Of a DNA stretch of 64,000 nucleotides, positions 40,801 to 52,430 are shown one piece after another. The number at the start of each line of letters is the position of its first letter. The first letter of the stretch is position 1. A model generated the notes under the pieces. It was not told the origin of the DNA, searched no databases, and worked only from the letters and a program-made list of their open reading frames with translations. Both the position numbers and the translations under genes were made by a program. Source of the stretch: Rhina ancylostomus (Eukaryota); the NCBI GenBank assembly GCA_030265395.1, contig JARFYF010000061.1:10507916-10571915 (forward strand), in the 5' to 3' direction.

Positions 40801-43800
40801 ATTATTCACAGCTCTCGAACTGTGAACTAATCAGCTCTTTGTAAAGTGTATTGAAGTAAATATACCCATCTGAATAAATAAACATGCAAAATGCACGCAG
40901 CTTATACCATATAATAAAAAAAGTCCTGGGCTTTTGCAACAATGTGGTTGGTGTTCTTTCTTTAATTGTTTGATAGAAGATGACAAGGGTCACATATTAT
41001 CACTGGAAGAAATGAGGAACACCATCAACTCTTCACCCTCCCTATAAGTAAAACCATGGCTTCAGGTTTGGCTAATATCTTTTTCAATAATCTGGGCACA
41101 TGCCAAATCCAACAGCCTGAACTGTACATAACCAAAACTGGGTTGTTTCAGAGGCTAAAGAGAATTGTCCAGCAAAATTGCAAAAGTAAAAAGATTAAAT
41201 TAATTAAATAAAAAAAGCAATTCCCTAATTGCCAAAACTGTAAGCATCATCAAAGGTTTTTCCCTGCACAAAGGGGACATGTGACCATGCCTGCAGATGT
41301 CCTGGGTATTATTTTTTTTAAATGCAGATTTGATTCTCTTTTTAAATTTAATTTAACTCTAAAGCTTTCAACAAGAATGTGCACCCACTGAATCAGCTGG
41401 GACATTTGGTGCATGCATTATTTGCATAGACAAACAAACATGTGTCTTAGACAGGATTCAACTGGAGCAAGCCCGTCTGGTGGGAAAATATCATTAACAA
41501 GAAATTCGGTAACATACTTAATAAATGGACAGAGACTCTTGAGTTTTAAGCAGTTCTTGTCAGTCAGAGCTAGATGAAGTGGACACAATACCACTATTCA
41601 GTGCAGAGGCCTAGAGATTTCAATTGAATTAAAATAGCACAAAGAAGCCAGATTTTCACAGCCTTCCCCCTTATTGATTATTAAAATCTCCTCACAGTAC
41701 AACATAGAGGAGAAAGAAACTGGTTATCAGGGGCTGGGTNNNNTGAAGTGTTAAGGAATGTGGTTAAGAAACATTCCAATATTGAGCTCTGGACCTGAGA
41801 GGGATTATAGGCCAGCAGTGAGAAAAAAATAACATGAGAATCTACTATGTTTGCACAGTAGAATCACTCAATTTCAAACCACTTCTGGTTCACAGAAAAA
41901 CACATTGAAATTTCCCCCAAAGAAAATCTCTTTATTTTAAATCAAGGATTCTCCCTTCTGCACTGTTTCATGGTCCACAACCAAGTTCAACCCATTCTCC
42001 AACTATATGTGAAGATCGTGACCATCAAACGCCGAGCAAGAAGGGGAGAGTATGATCTGAACTAATCTGGGCAATGCTAACACCTGTGTGCACTTCCTAG
42101 CAGCAAAACACTACCTTGCACATTATTCTGTCTGTTAATTAGCAGAGGAAAGGAAAAGAAACATATAAAGGCAACACAATTCATTTGTTCTGTCCCAAAA
42201 TCTAATTCCTTTCCTTCATCAACCATTTCGGGCCATACACCAGTTTTAAAATATGGTCATTCTACGATTTAGTGATCATCTCACTCATGCACTGAAGAGA
42301 GAGGATACATTGCAGAAAATAATGCTCTGATGCAAAAGCAATGTTTGCTTTTATGTTTTCCCATGGAAAACGGTTCAGTGATTCAGCACCACTATTTGTT
42401 GAAGTGCTTACTCACACTGGTGGCCTCTGACATTTCAGAGGAGTTTTTGCCTCTGATCGGGCTCAGACTTGGATAGGAAGTGCATGAAAACAGCAACAAC
42501 AGCACAAGACTCTGAGTAACTGATCACAGTCTCCATTGGGTTCCAGATTGAATTATCTCATAGCAGATAGTTCCCAAATGATGCCTTCGCATAGACTGGT
42601 TTCCTTATCTTCCCTCTCCATTTGGGAATAATGAGGTGATTTTGGGGCTCTCATCTGATGTTGATGCATTTGTTCCCAATCTTCAGAGATTGGTGCCAGT
42701 ATCTTAAAGGAAAACCATTATCAGAACACATCTTTGACAAAACTTTCTTTTCACATGACATAAATGTCATCTAAAAGTCTAGTAAAATCATTTGTGCATG
42801 ATATCACTTTGAAGAAAGCAATAGAGAGCTTTCCTCTCATAAACAAAAAATATAATGTCAAACATGTTCCCCGTGAACATTGTGGGCCATTAATGTTTTG
42901 CCAGTAATGGGGTTATAGAGTCCAGGTCCTTCCCTCCCTCTATTTTTTTTAATTTCAAGCATCAAGTGGAACTTTAGAAGAGAACAACTTTTGGACCATT
43001 TTTGATTTTATCAATGCTCCTCGCTCCTCTGAATTTTCCTCTTTTATTCCTCCCAAATATATCACCCAATATTCTATTCTCATGATAAATGAACTATTTA
43101 GTTGAAGGATTTAAAGTTTTGAAAGTAAGATAAAGATAATTTTGAATGGGTCTGACTCAAGTTTGGTTGTTAACACTTTGATGGTTTTGTTGTAGTAATT
43201 AGCTTTGGAAAGACTAAGCAATTCATTAGTTCAATCCCCAAGTCTAATACCTTTCAAGTATCCTTTCCTCATTATCTATCCTGGGACATTTACATGTATC
43301 TGCGAGAGTTAAAATATGCTCATTGCAGGTTTCACTGAGAGTTTCACTCATGTGCCGAAGAATAAGACCAACATCCTCAACACCAAACCAGCATAAAGCA
43401 TTAACAAGCAAACGTAAGTGGCTTAATTCAATAAGATTCAATAAACTTCGTTTCTAAAATTGAAATGCTTGAAATAAATACATGATGTGTTATGTTACAC
43501 TACATGAATGAATCAGCCAGGAATGAAATACTGTGCACCTCACAACTACACCAAGTTCTTAAGCCAGCTAGCAGCACGGAATTATTTATCCTGGTTTTGG
43601 CCAGATTTTTACTTTATTCCACCATATGGCTTGATCAATAAATAAGCCAACATCAAATACAGCATAAACATTCCAGTTCTATCTCTTGTCTCTGTCCATT
43701 CACTGATCTCAAGTACAGTAGTGCTTGGCTGCTAATATTGGCTCTGGTGTTCATGGAATAGAAGAATATATATTAAACAAACTCAGGTTTCGGCTCTTTC

Positions 43801-43811
43801 TATTATTCAAC

Positions 43812-44080
43812 AGTCAGCTTGGTTCAGTCAGCATCACTTGGATCTATTAGTCAGAAGGTTATGGGTTAAGCACCACTCTGAGACCTGAGCACATAATCTA
43901 CACTGATGCTGCAGTGCTCTATTGAGAGAGTGCTAAATATTCGGTTATCATCTTTCAGATAACGTATTAAACTGAGACCCTGGGGCTCCTTGCTCCGGTG
44001 TTTCTTGGAGGTGGATGAAGTCAAATGATAAAATTGTAAGAAATATTGGGAATTCTCCTGAAGTCTTGGTCAAGACTCCT
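43812..44080 (+). mobile_element. Deu-SINE 5' part (tRNA-derived head)
   Basis: 'cagcttggttcagtcagcatcact..agtcagaaggttatgggttaagcaccactctgagacctgagcacataatctacactgatgctgcagtgc..tgagagagtgct..tctttcagataacgtattaaactgagacc'. Confidence 0.7.
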
Positions 44081-44624
44081 AATTCAAACCCCTTTGTAAA
44101 ACAATTTTCAGTAGATCATAATAACTAGTCACTGATCTTATATGATGCCAGGTGACACTTGTTATAAAGACCAACACATAGAGATATGGTGCTCAAGAAC
44201 TGCTGGGGCCTGTGAAAGTCCAGTGAAAATCAACATCATCAAGAGATTAGGTAAAATAAATTAGGAAAAACATATACTTTTAATGTCCATTCAAAATTGG
44301 GATACAGGAAAAGGCCAAATTATTTTTTTTAGTTTTTCCCTCTTTCTCTGTGTGAGGTTTTCAACAACTGGACAGATGGCAGGCCAGTCTCATTGGATGG
44401 TAGTGAATCACAGAGACACTTGTAAGTTGCTATGGGCAGAAATATCCATGTTTTCTTGAACATGTATAATTATTTTGGAGGTGTACCAAGAAGAGTCAGA
44501 GAGAGTGAGTAAGCAGAACCCAAACTGAATTCCAGCACTCTCAAGTATAATGTTATTACATGCAAGGAAACATTTGCAATAACGTGCTCCACCTTGCCCC
44601 AAGATATGGAGATGTACAGGATAG

Positions 44625-45235
44625 AATCTTTTCTTCATTATTCACTTCTGGGATGTGTGCATTGCTGATAAGGCCAGCATTTATTCTTAACTGCCTAGGG
44701 AAAGGACTGCTTGGCCACCCTGTTGAATCATGGTACTCACTGTAGTGAATGTACTTCCATTGTTCTAAATCTGATTTGAGCCAATGGAGAGGCTTTCCCT
44801 GGATTCCCACTGACCACTTTTATTAGACACCTTTGATGTCACACAAGTNNNNNNNNNNNNNNNNNNNNNNNNNNNNNNNNNNNNNNNNNNNNNNNNNNNN
44901 NNNNNNNNNNNNNNNNNNNNNNNNNNNNNNNNNNNNNNNNNNNNNNNNNNNNNNNNNNNNNNNNNNNNNNNNNNNNNNNNNNNNNNNNNNNNNNNNNNNN
45001 NNNNNNNNNNNNNNNNNNNNNNNNNNNNNNNNNNNNNNNNNNNNNNNNNNNNNNNNNNNNNNNNNNNNNNNNACCTGATTTTTGTGACAGGGCATACCTG
45101 GGCAATGTTCCAAATTGTTGGGTAGATGCAAAGTTGAGACTATACTGGAACAGCTTGACTGGAACTTCCATTTGTTATAACTTCTGGACCAAAAGTTCAG
45201 CACAACAGCTGGGATATTGCCAGAGTGGTGACAAT
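44625..45235 (-). mobile_element. Degraded LINE RT fragment spanning a gap (same group as 33345-33870)
   Basis: Minus-strand translations GNIPAVVL, KLFQYS, PCHKNQ and MGIQGKPLHWLKSDLEQ match the RT N-terminal motifs GPDNIPAVVLK..LAKLFQYS...VCPVHKK...MGI.GK.L.WL.SYL. Confidence 0.75.
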
Positions 45236-46974
45236 AATTCTTGCTGTTTCCAGTGTATTCACTTGCTTCTTGATCACCAGTCACATATTCAGAGGTTACT
45301 CTAAGCTTTCATGGGTCTCTGATGAAACCCCATTTAAACATTTGCATCCAGTTTTGCACATACTACTTCAAAGGAAAATATGTATTGGACAGGTTTAAGA
45401 GCATAAGGAATTACATTCCAGCATCCAGGATTAAGTTATAAAGATTGACTTGGAACCAAATTTGATTTTAAAAATAAATTGAAAAGAAATGACATGGTCC
45501 AATGTGCCAAAATTTCACAGGTCCCAAGTTAGGAATGGAAATCATTAACCAGAATTCCCACAAGTGATTACAATCTTTTGATCTCTATTGAACAATGCAC
45601 ACACTTGACAAGTGGATGAACATTTACTATGGCCTTTACCTCAGCTATCGAGAAGAGATGCTCCATACAGAAATAAAAGGAAACTAAATTGATTTTGCAT
45701 TCTATCTTGTCAAAAAAAAACTCGATACACATTACAATGTAGCTGGTGAACATGAAATATNNNNNNNNNNNNNNNNNNNNNNNNNNNNNNNNNNNNNNNN
45801 NNNNNNNNNNNNNNNNNNNNNNNNNNNNNNNNNNNNNNNNNNNNNNNNNNNNNNNNNNNNGAACATGAAATATATTAGTATTTGGCAAGATGTGTTTAGC
45901 AAGATGTATTTAAATTTGGGGGTAAATATAACAACTAAAGCAGAGGCAACTGTTTGATTATTTTACCTTAGTGAAAGAAAAATGTCTTACATATGTACTG
46001 AAGTTGAAAAATACTTTGCAGTTTGTAAAGGAGGGTGCCAGAAAATAATTATTTTCCAAAAAAAACTTCGATTTGTTGAAGATCTCTCTCACTTCTACTA
46101 AGTTTTTGTTTTCCTTCCTCAGTACACCACTATCTCCAACAAATTGCTGTTCTCAACTGACATCAACCCCACTTCCATTCCTCACAGCGTAATGGAAACC
46201 AGGGTGAAGTTAACCAATCTGAACAAGTTCCAATTGGAATTCAGAGGGGAAAAGACAATTCTTAATTGAATTGTAGCAGCCATGAAGCTGTTCCTTCACC
46301 ATTAATATTTCTTCACCATCCCCAGTGACCCTGACATATAAGATTCTTATACAGCAGTCTAACTGAGAAACTGGAAAATTTATTTTAGATTTCAAAATCC
46401 AACCCAAGGATGAAAGGTAGTCCAAAGCAGCTTCATGATAGGAACAAGCTAGGGTGAAGATGAGGCACACAGACAATTGTAATTCAATGGCATGCAACCT
46501 AAGTTTTAAGAGCCTTTAGATTGCAGAAGGCTGAGGAAAGGGAGGTATTTCATATTTCAAAGCTCTTAAGAAAAATAACTTACAGCAGGATAGAGATGTT
46601 GCTAAGCTGTAAGTCTTTATTTCAATGCAGGGAAGAGTTAGAAAGTGAAATGCTGTTTTTTTCTAAATTTAAAAGGAACCAGCAAGAAGCACTCAAAGTA
46701 CCAATGATCATAATGGTTTTCATCGTGATGTAAGAGCCAGAAAAGAGAGAGACGAGGAGTGTCTGACAAAAGTATAAAGGAAGAAATGATGAAAGACAGA
46801 AAGAGAGGCAGTAAGATAAAAAGTAATTTTAACGTAATCCATCTGGCTGTAAACTGTCACAGTCAGATTGACCACCCATTGTCTGCTTCCTCTGATTTTA
46901 TTATCCATTTAAATCAATTTGATCCACCAGCTTCCAACCAAATAAGTTAGGTTAACTTTCTGGTCAAGTATCTT

Positions 46975-47086
46975 CACCCTGAATTGTTCACCTATAGTCT
47001 CTGCCCAGATGCTGCCCAACTTGTGAATATTTCCAAGATTTTCTTTTTTATTCCAGATATCCAGCATCCATAGCATTTAGCTTTTA
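46975..47086 (+). mobile_element. Penelope-like element terminal remnant
   Basis: 'cagatgctgcccaacttgtgaatatttccaagattttcttttttattccagatatccagcatc' matches the abundant shark 'gatgctgcctgacctgctgagtatttccagcattttctg' terminus. Weaker copies near 2120-2195, 8690-8745, 10470-10560, 15125-15200, 51320-51390 and 51945-52095. Confidence 0.55.
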
Positions 47087-47154
47087 GATTGAGATTACCT
47101 CAGGGAAAGAGAGAACATGATTAGAGATCAGGGACATCCTAAAATGAAAAGAAG

Positions 47155-47395
47155 GGAAGGAACTTGCATTATTAATTTTCATAGTAAAGTACTTCTTCAT
47201 CACTATTAAATCTGAGTCACTGTTGCTACCTCCACAAATTCTGCAGTTAATTTTCACACAAGGTCCTATAAGTTAATTGGCCATTTTGTTTTTTGAATAA
47301 TGAAATAGACCTATAGTATACATTTTTGAGGTACCTGTGACTTGAGTTTAACATCTCATTCAAACAACAGAAGTGTTACTCCACAGCACTGGGAC
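47155..47395 (-). mobile_element. Degraded Deu-SINE
   Basis: 'ggaacttgcatt...agtcactgttgc...gtttaacatctcattcaaa..ctccacagcactg'. Confidence 0.45.
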
Positions 47396-47559
47396 AACAT
47401 CTTACATTACATGGTGAAAAGCTGGAGTGCCACCATCGCTGAACCAAGCTGCCAATTAACTTGTTGACTCTCAACTCAGCAAAGACAATATAAAACACAA
47501 CCCACTCAAAAGGAATGGCACTTGAAAATAACTGAGTATCACATAAATCTGTAGTATCT

Positions 47560-48382
47560 ACAGAAAGCGCTGCCTCAAAAAGGCAACACACATCATCAAA
47601 GATCCCCACCATCTAGGCCATGCCATCTTCTAGAAGCTACCATTGGGCAAGAGGTACAGAAGGCTGAAGTCCCACACCACCAGATTCATTCCTTTCAACC
47701 ATCTGGTTCTTCAACTAACCGGCACAACCCTAATCACTACAGTTTAGCAACACTATAATCAGGCACGGTAGTATAGCAGTCAGCATAATGCTTTACAGCA
47801 CCAGTGACCCAGGTTCAGATCTGGTCACTGTCTGTAAGGAGTTTGTACGTTCTCCCCGTGTCTGCGTGGGTTTCCTCTGGGTGCTCCAGTTTCCTCCCAC
47901 ATNNNNNNNNNNNNNNNNNNNNNNNNNNNNNNNNNNNNNNNNNNNNNNNNNNNNNNNNNNNNNNNNNNNNNNNNNNNNNNNNNNNNNNNNNNNNNNNNNN
48001 NNGTGTCTGCGTGGGTTTCCTCTGGGTGCTCCAGTTTCCTCCCACATTCCAAAGACGTACAGGTTAGGAGGTTGTGGGTGTGCTACATTGGTGCTGTAAA
48101 CATGGCAACACTTGCGGGCTGCCCCCAGAACACTACGCAAAAGATGCATTTCACTGTGTGTTTTGATGAACATGTGACTAATAAAGATATCTTATCACTT
48201 AGATCACTTTGACTGAAATAGACTTTTTTTGTTCTTTATGTATAATTTATGTTTAGTTTATGTTTTTCTTGTGATTGTTGTGTCTCTGATGCTATGTACC
48301 TGTGATGTTGCTGCAAGCAAGTTCTTCATTGCACCTGTGCATACATGTACTTGTGCATATGACAATAAACTTGACTTTGATT
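47560..48382 (+). mobile_element. Rex1/Babar-type LINE 3' end, split by a SINE insertion
   Basis: 47565-47687 translates KRCLKKATHIIKDPHHLGHAIF*KLPLGKRYRRLKSHTTRF (Rex1 C-terminus IIKDP.HPGH.LF..LPSGRRYRS...TTRF). The 3' UTR resumes at about 48197 and ends 'tgacaataaacttgactttga'. Confidence 0.82.
47762..48196 (+). mobile_element. tRNA-derived V-SINE/HE1-like SINE (Rex1-like tail), containing a 100-N gap
   Basis: Head 'ggcacggtagtatagcagtcagc..ggttcagatc', V-domain-like 'tgtaaggagtttgtacgttctccccgtgtctgcgtgggtttcctctgggtgctccagtttcctcccacattccaaagacgt', tail 'tttcactgtgtgttttgatgaacatgtgactaataaa'. Confidence 0.85.
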
Positions 48383-48399
48383 TAAAAATAATTTTTAAG

Positions 48400-48662
48400 A
48401 CTCTCTCAATCACCTTAGAAATTAATCTAGTAAACAGTATTACACACAGAGAGTGGCAGAACCTCAAAACTGAATTCGACAAATTAATACTAAATGAATG
48501 GTTAATGTTAAATCTAAGTTAGGAGACTTTTAATATTCAAAGGTATTAAGGGAAATGAAGAAAAATTAGGTACGTGGAGTAAGGTGACAGAACAGCCAAT
48601 TCTATTCTCACCTTATTGCAGAAGAGGCTTGTAAAACTAAATATCCTACATTGTTCCTGTGC
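48400..48662 (+). mobile_element. Degraded CR1 3' end
   Basis: 'aaaggtattaagggaaatg..ggtacgtggagtaaggt..cagcca...gaagaggcttgtaaaactaaatatcctacattgttcctgtg'. Confidence 0.55.
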
Positions 48663-49043
48663 TCATAGGCATACAAAAACTGCAAATGGGGGAGGTCCAG
48701 GACTATTACTGGTACTTCCCTAATGTCCCCAACCAGAACCTAAATGTGCCAGCCAGAGCAATAAAATTTTGTATTGTTTTCAACAACAAAAAAATGACAG
48801 CTATATTTTGGGAACAATAAATTTGATTACCCTAATCTTCTGGCATTACTACAGTGACAGCCCTACATTAACAAGTAGAATAGGTGGTGTATACCACCAA
48901 GAAAGGAGGACATTAATTGTTGGTGTGCAGCTGAGTGAAATTTAAATAAAAGTTACATCAAACCTATGGTAGCTTTGACGTACAAGTTCACAGTTAAATG
49001 TGAGTCAAGAATTACAAATAATTGGGAACTGGATCAGTCATTC

Positions 49044-49295
49044 GGGGCGGCACAGTAGTGTAGCGGTTAGTGCGACGCTATTACAGCGCCAGCAATCGGG
49101 TTTCGATTCCCGTCACTGTCTGTAAGGAGTTTGTACGTTCTTCCCGTGTCTATGTGGGTTTCCTCCAGGTGCTCCGGTTTCCTCCCACATTCCAAAGATG
49201 TACGGGTAGGTTAATTTGGGTTTAAAAATGGGTGGCGCGGACTCGTTGGGCCGGAAAGGCCTGTTACCACGCTGTAAATAAAATTAAATTAAATT
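49044..49295 (+). mobile_element. Young full-length tRNA-derived V-SINE/HE1-like SINE (CR1-like tail)
   Basis: A-box TAGTGTAGCGG (49056-49066), B-box GTTTCGATTCC (49100-49110), V-domain-like core, tail 'ggactcgttgggccggaaaggcctgttaccacgctgtaaataaaattaaattaaatt'; many CpGs retained. Confidence 0.9.
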
Positions 49296-49454
49296 AACCA
49301 TCAATGAGCCATAGTTGGATTGGCAATGCATTTATTGTTATCCCAACTTCAAATCCAATGGATATGCAAGTCATCACACCTTCAGCTTACAGTTCTCTTT
49401 TCTAGTTAATATTCCTTCTAGCTCATGGCTCCCAAAGACACAGGATCTTATGTG

Positions 49455-49845
49455 AAAAAGACTAATATTTATAAAGCATGGCACCAATCTGTTAGAGTAA
49501 TCTAAAAGGACTTTGCACACAACAAATGACTTACTGGAGAGCAATTGTTTAAGCAAATTAAACATTTTTCGAACAGTTCTTTTTCTAAATGATGTTGATA
49601 GAGAGGTGAATGTGAGCAATGATAATGGGAGAACTCCCTATTTTTCTTCCAAGAACGGAAAAAATGCTTAAACACTGAAACATTAAAACAGGGCCTTTGA
49701 TTCTGTTAGTCTTAAAGGGAAAATAAATCTCACAATGCAGCAGTCTTTTATTAGATGATTAGAGTATCAAAGTAGCTTATGTCTTTATGTTCAAGGATGG
49801 GGTGTGGACACAAAAATGTTAGAATCAAGTGCTAAACCACAGCAA
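49455..49845 (-). mobile_element. Old degraded Deu-SINE
   Basis: 'aaagactaatatttataaagc...tgatgttgatagagaggtgaat..gggagaactccctatttttcttccaa...acaatgcagcagtc'. Confidence 0.45.
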
Positions 49846-50999
49846 GAATCAGCTTGACAACATTGTACAATGCTAATAATTCTAAATTTGCGCAAAACTC
49901 ATAAAGCCCATTTTTCCCAGTGCTCATTGTTGAAAGTTACATAAACTGGGAGAACAATAACATTCAGACTCCAGGCAGCTCCACAACTCCTACCTTTCCT
50001 TACAAACACAGCATTCATCCACATATCAGATGGAAAATTAATTAATCCAGCCACACCAAGCTAAGTGAATCCAGGACATGTTCAGACCTGGTACTTGAAT
50101 TCACACCTTCCCAGCTGGATTTAGAAAGTTCTTATTCCCCAACTCCCAGGTCACAGTCTTCTCTCCTATTATCCAATTAGTATTCTCCTTGCTTCAGCGT
50201 CATAAAGCAAGATAGTTCACAAGAAACACATAAAGGACAGATATCTTGCTTGTGTTCTTCTTTGCTGACTCTCATTGAAAACATTGGCCCTTACCCTCCC
50301 CAAATTTCAAGCTAAGCTTAAGGCCTATTACTTAGTTTATGATACTTAAATTGTTTCTATTTCCCTCAGACTAATTTCCAACATGTGAGTTAATTCAATT
50401 CAAAGAGGAACAGTATCTTTCAACCAAGTGAACAACATGTCCTTGGAGGTGAGGATGACTCACTAATTTCAACATAATATTTCCCTGGGGAAAAGGCACC
50501 AGAACGGTGCAATATTTCACACTAGAAAGTTGCATTCCAATATATTTTAATTCATAGGCCAGAAATGAAAGAAATATGGGGATAATGTTTGGCAATGCAC
50601 ACGGTAGTGTATTACAGAATCTCTAAGAACAAAAGTTCCATCTGGGTCTATGCTGAGATAACTGAGGTGGCTGATCTAAACTGGGCAAAAACTGGAAACC
50701 AAAAACTGGATTCAATCCCTCTGTGGAGCGGGCAAAAGAAAAACTATGGTAAAAGTCAGATAGGATTTCCATTCTTGGTTCTATGGTGACAACACCCCTG
50801 ATATAATGGATAAATGACTGGGCACTAGATGAGGATGAGAAAAATTGTATTGTTCCTCTCAATGCATGCATACATTCACTAGGAACCCACATATTGGCCA
50901 ATTGATAAGGTGCAGAGAACAATATACTGCCATGAAGCATCAAGCATCAGCAATAACAAAAGAGGACATGAAAAGTACTGAAATGTAAAATTAAATGAT

Positions 51000-51215
51000 T
51001 TGGGGATGCAAAAAGGATATTAGTCTTTATATTTGGAATTCTCTAACCTTGATGGCTTTGGATGCTCATTCATTTAGTATACTCAATAGTGATATCAAGG
51101 GATGTGCTGATCAAGTTAACAAGTAAATTTCAGGTAGAGCATTAACTAAGATCTTTGCAAATGCCTAAGCAGACTCAAGCAGTGAAATGGGCAACTCCTG
51201 GTGCTATTTATCTTC
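51000..51215 (+). mobile_element. Degraded CR1 3' end
   Basis: 'tttggaattctctaacc..ggctttggatgctc...gatatcaagggatgtg...gcagactcaagcagtgaaatgggcaactcctggtgctattt'. Confidence 0.55.
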
Positions 51216-52324
51216 CTCTTGCATTTTTAATGACATTCAAATTTAATTTTGTACTGTAATTCTTCAACATTGACCATTACAGACAAAACTGAAAGAGTAA
51301 AATACTTTGGTGCTAAGTTGTTGACCCGAAACTTTGTTTCCATTGCCACAGATAATGCAAGATCTGTTAAGATTTTCCAGCACTTTATTGCTTAACGAGC
51401 TGTTCTATCTTGTAGTTATACATCACATCATTTTTAATCTGAGCAGTGTTTTCTTCTGACAAAAGCCAGCTGAAGTCTTGAATAAATTTTACATATATAT
51501 TGTTATTGTTAACAAAATATATCCTATTATAAAACAGCAACACTTGGTATTCAGAAGTAGAGTAAAAAAAACAAAGCACTTACTGATTATTATAAAGCAA
51601 AATTAAGGAGTAAAACTCTCCAGACAGGTAGAGAGGGAGTGTACTGTATTATACCAGTCCTACAATGCCAGCAGCTGAGGGCAATCACATTTAGTTTAAT
51701 TTAGATGTCATTGCCATAAGTAAATAGTTGTTTTTTTTTATTTCAGCTCCATTTTGAGGGCATCTTGCTCAAGCTCAGAAGCCTCCATCTTCACAAATAT
51801 CCAACCGCTATTAATTCAGTGAATCCAACTTTTGTTCCAACAATTCATTTTAAATATAGTTCATACCTCCACTGATAGTACCTTACAGTGAAAAAGATTT
51901 TTTTTCTGGGATTTTCCAATTTGGTAACAGCAGCCAAATTGTGAAGTGAAAAACTGTGGGCACAGGAAATAACAGATCTGCCAGCATTGGAAAGAGATGT
52001 TGGCTGGTACTCCTCATGGGTCCTTCATCTAAACATTATCACATTAATTTTCTCTTTCAGAAGACAATAAATCTGCCCTGAATATTGCACTTTTAAACGT
52101 TATTTTGACTCAACTACAGTATACACTTCCTTTCAGTGTTTTTTAAATGTAAGTTAAGTTCCTTCTACCCTTCTTTAAAATGCTAAGCCTGCTGTGAAAC
52201 ATTTTCTTCTTCACTCAATTACAGTGCTCTTCATCTATGAGCAGGGCCAGTGATTAGTATTAGGATCCCTCTTTATAAAACCAATGGCAACATTCCACAT
52301 TCAGACAAATTACTTCAGCATCAT

Positions 52325-52430
52325 TTTCCTGATGAACGTTTATGGACCTGAAACATTAGCTTCCTTTCTCTCTCCAAAGATGCAAACTGACCCACTGAAC
52401 ATTTCCAGCTGGTTTGGCTTTTACTTCAGC
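52325..52430 (+). mobile_element. Penelope-like terminal remnant with degenerate hammerhead core
   Basis: CTGATGA (52329-52335) ... GAAAC (52350-52354), then 'tctctctccaaagatgcaaactgacccactgaacatttccagc'. Confidence 0.55.

Noticed and set aside
49044-49115. tRNA gene
   Set aside because: A and B boxes are present, but the sequence continues into a SINE body and tail and no full cloverleaf is evident.
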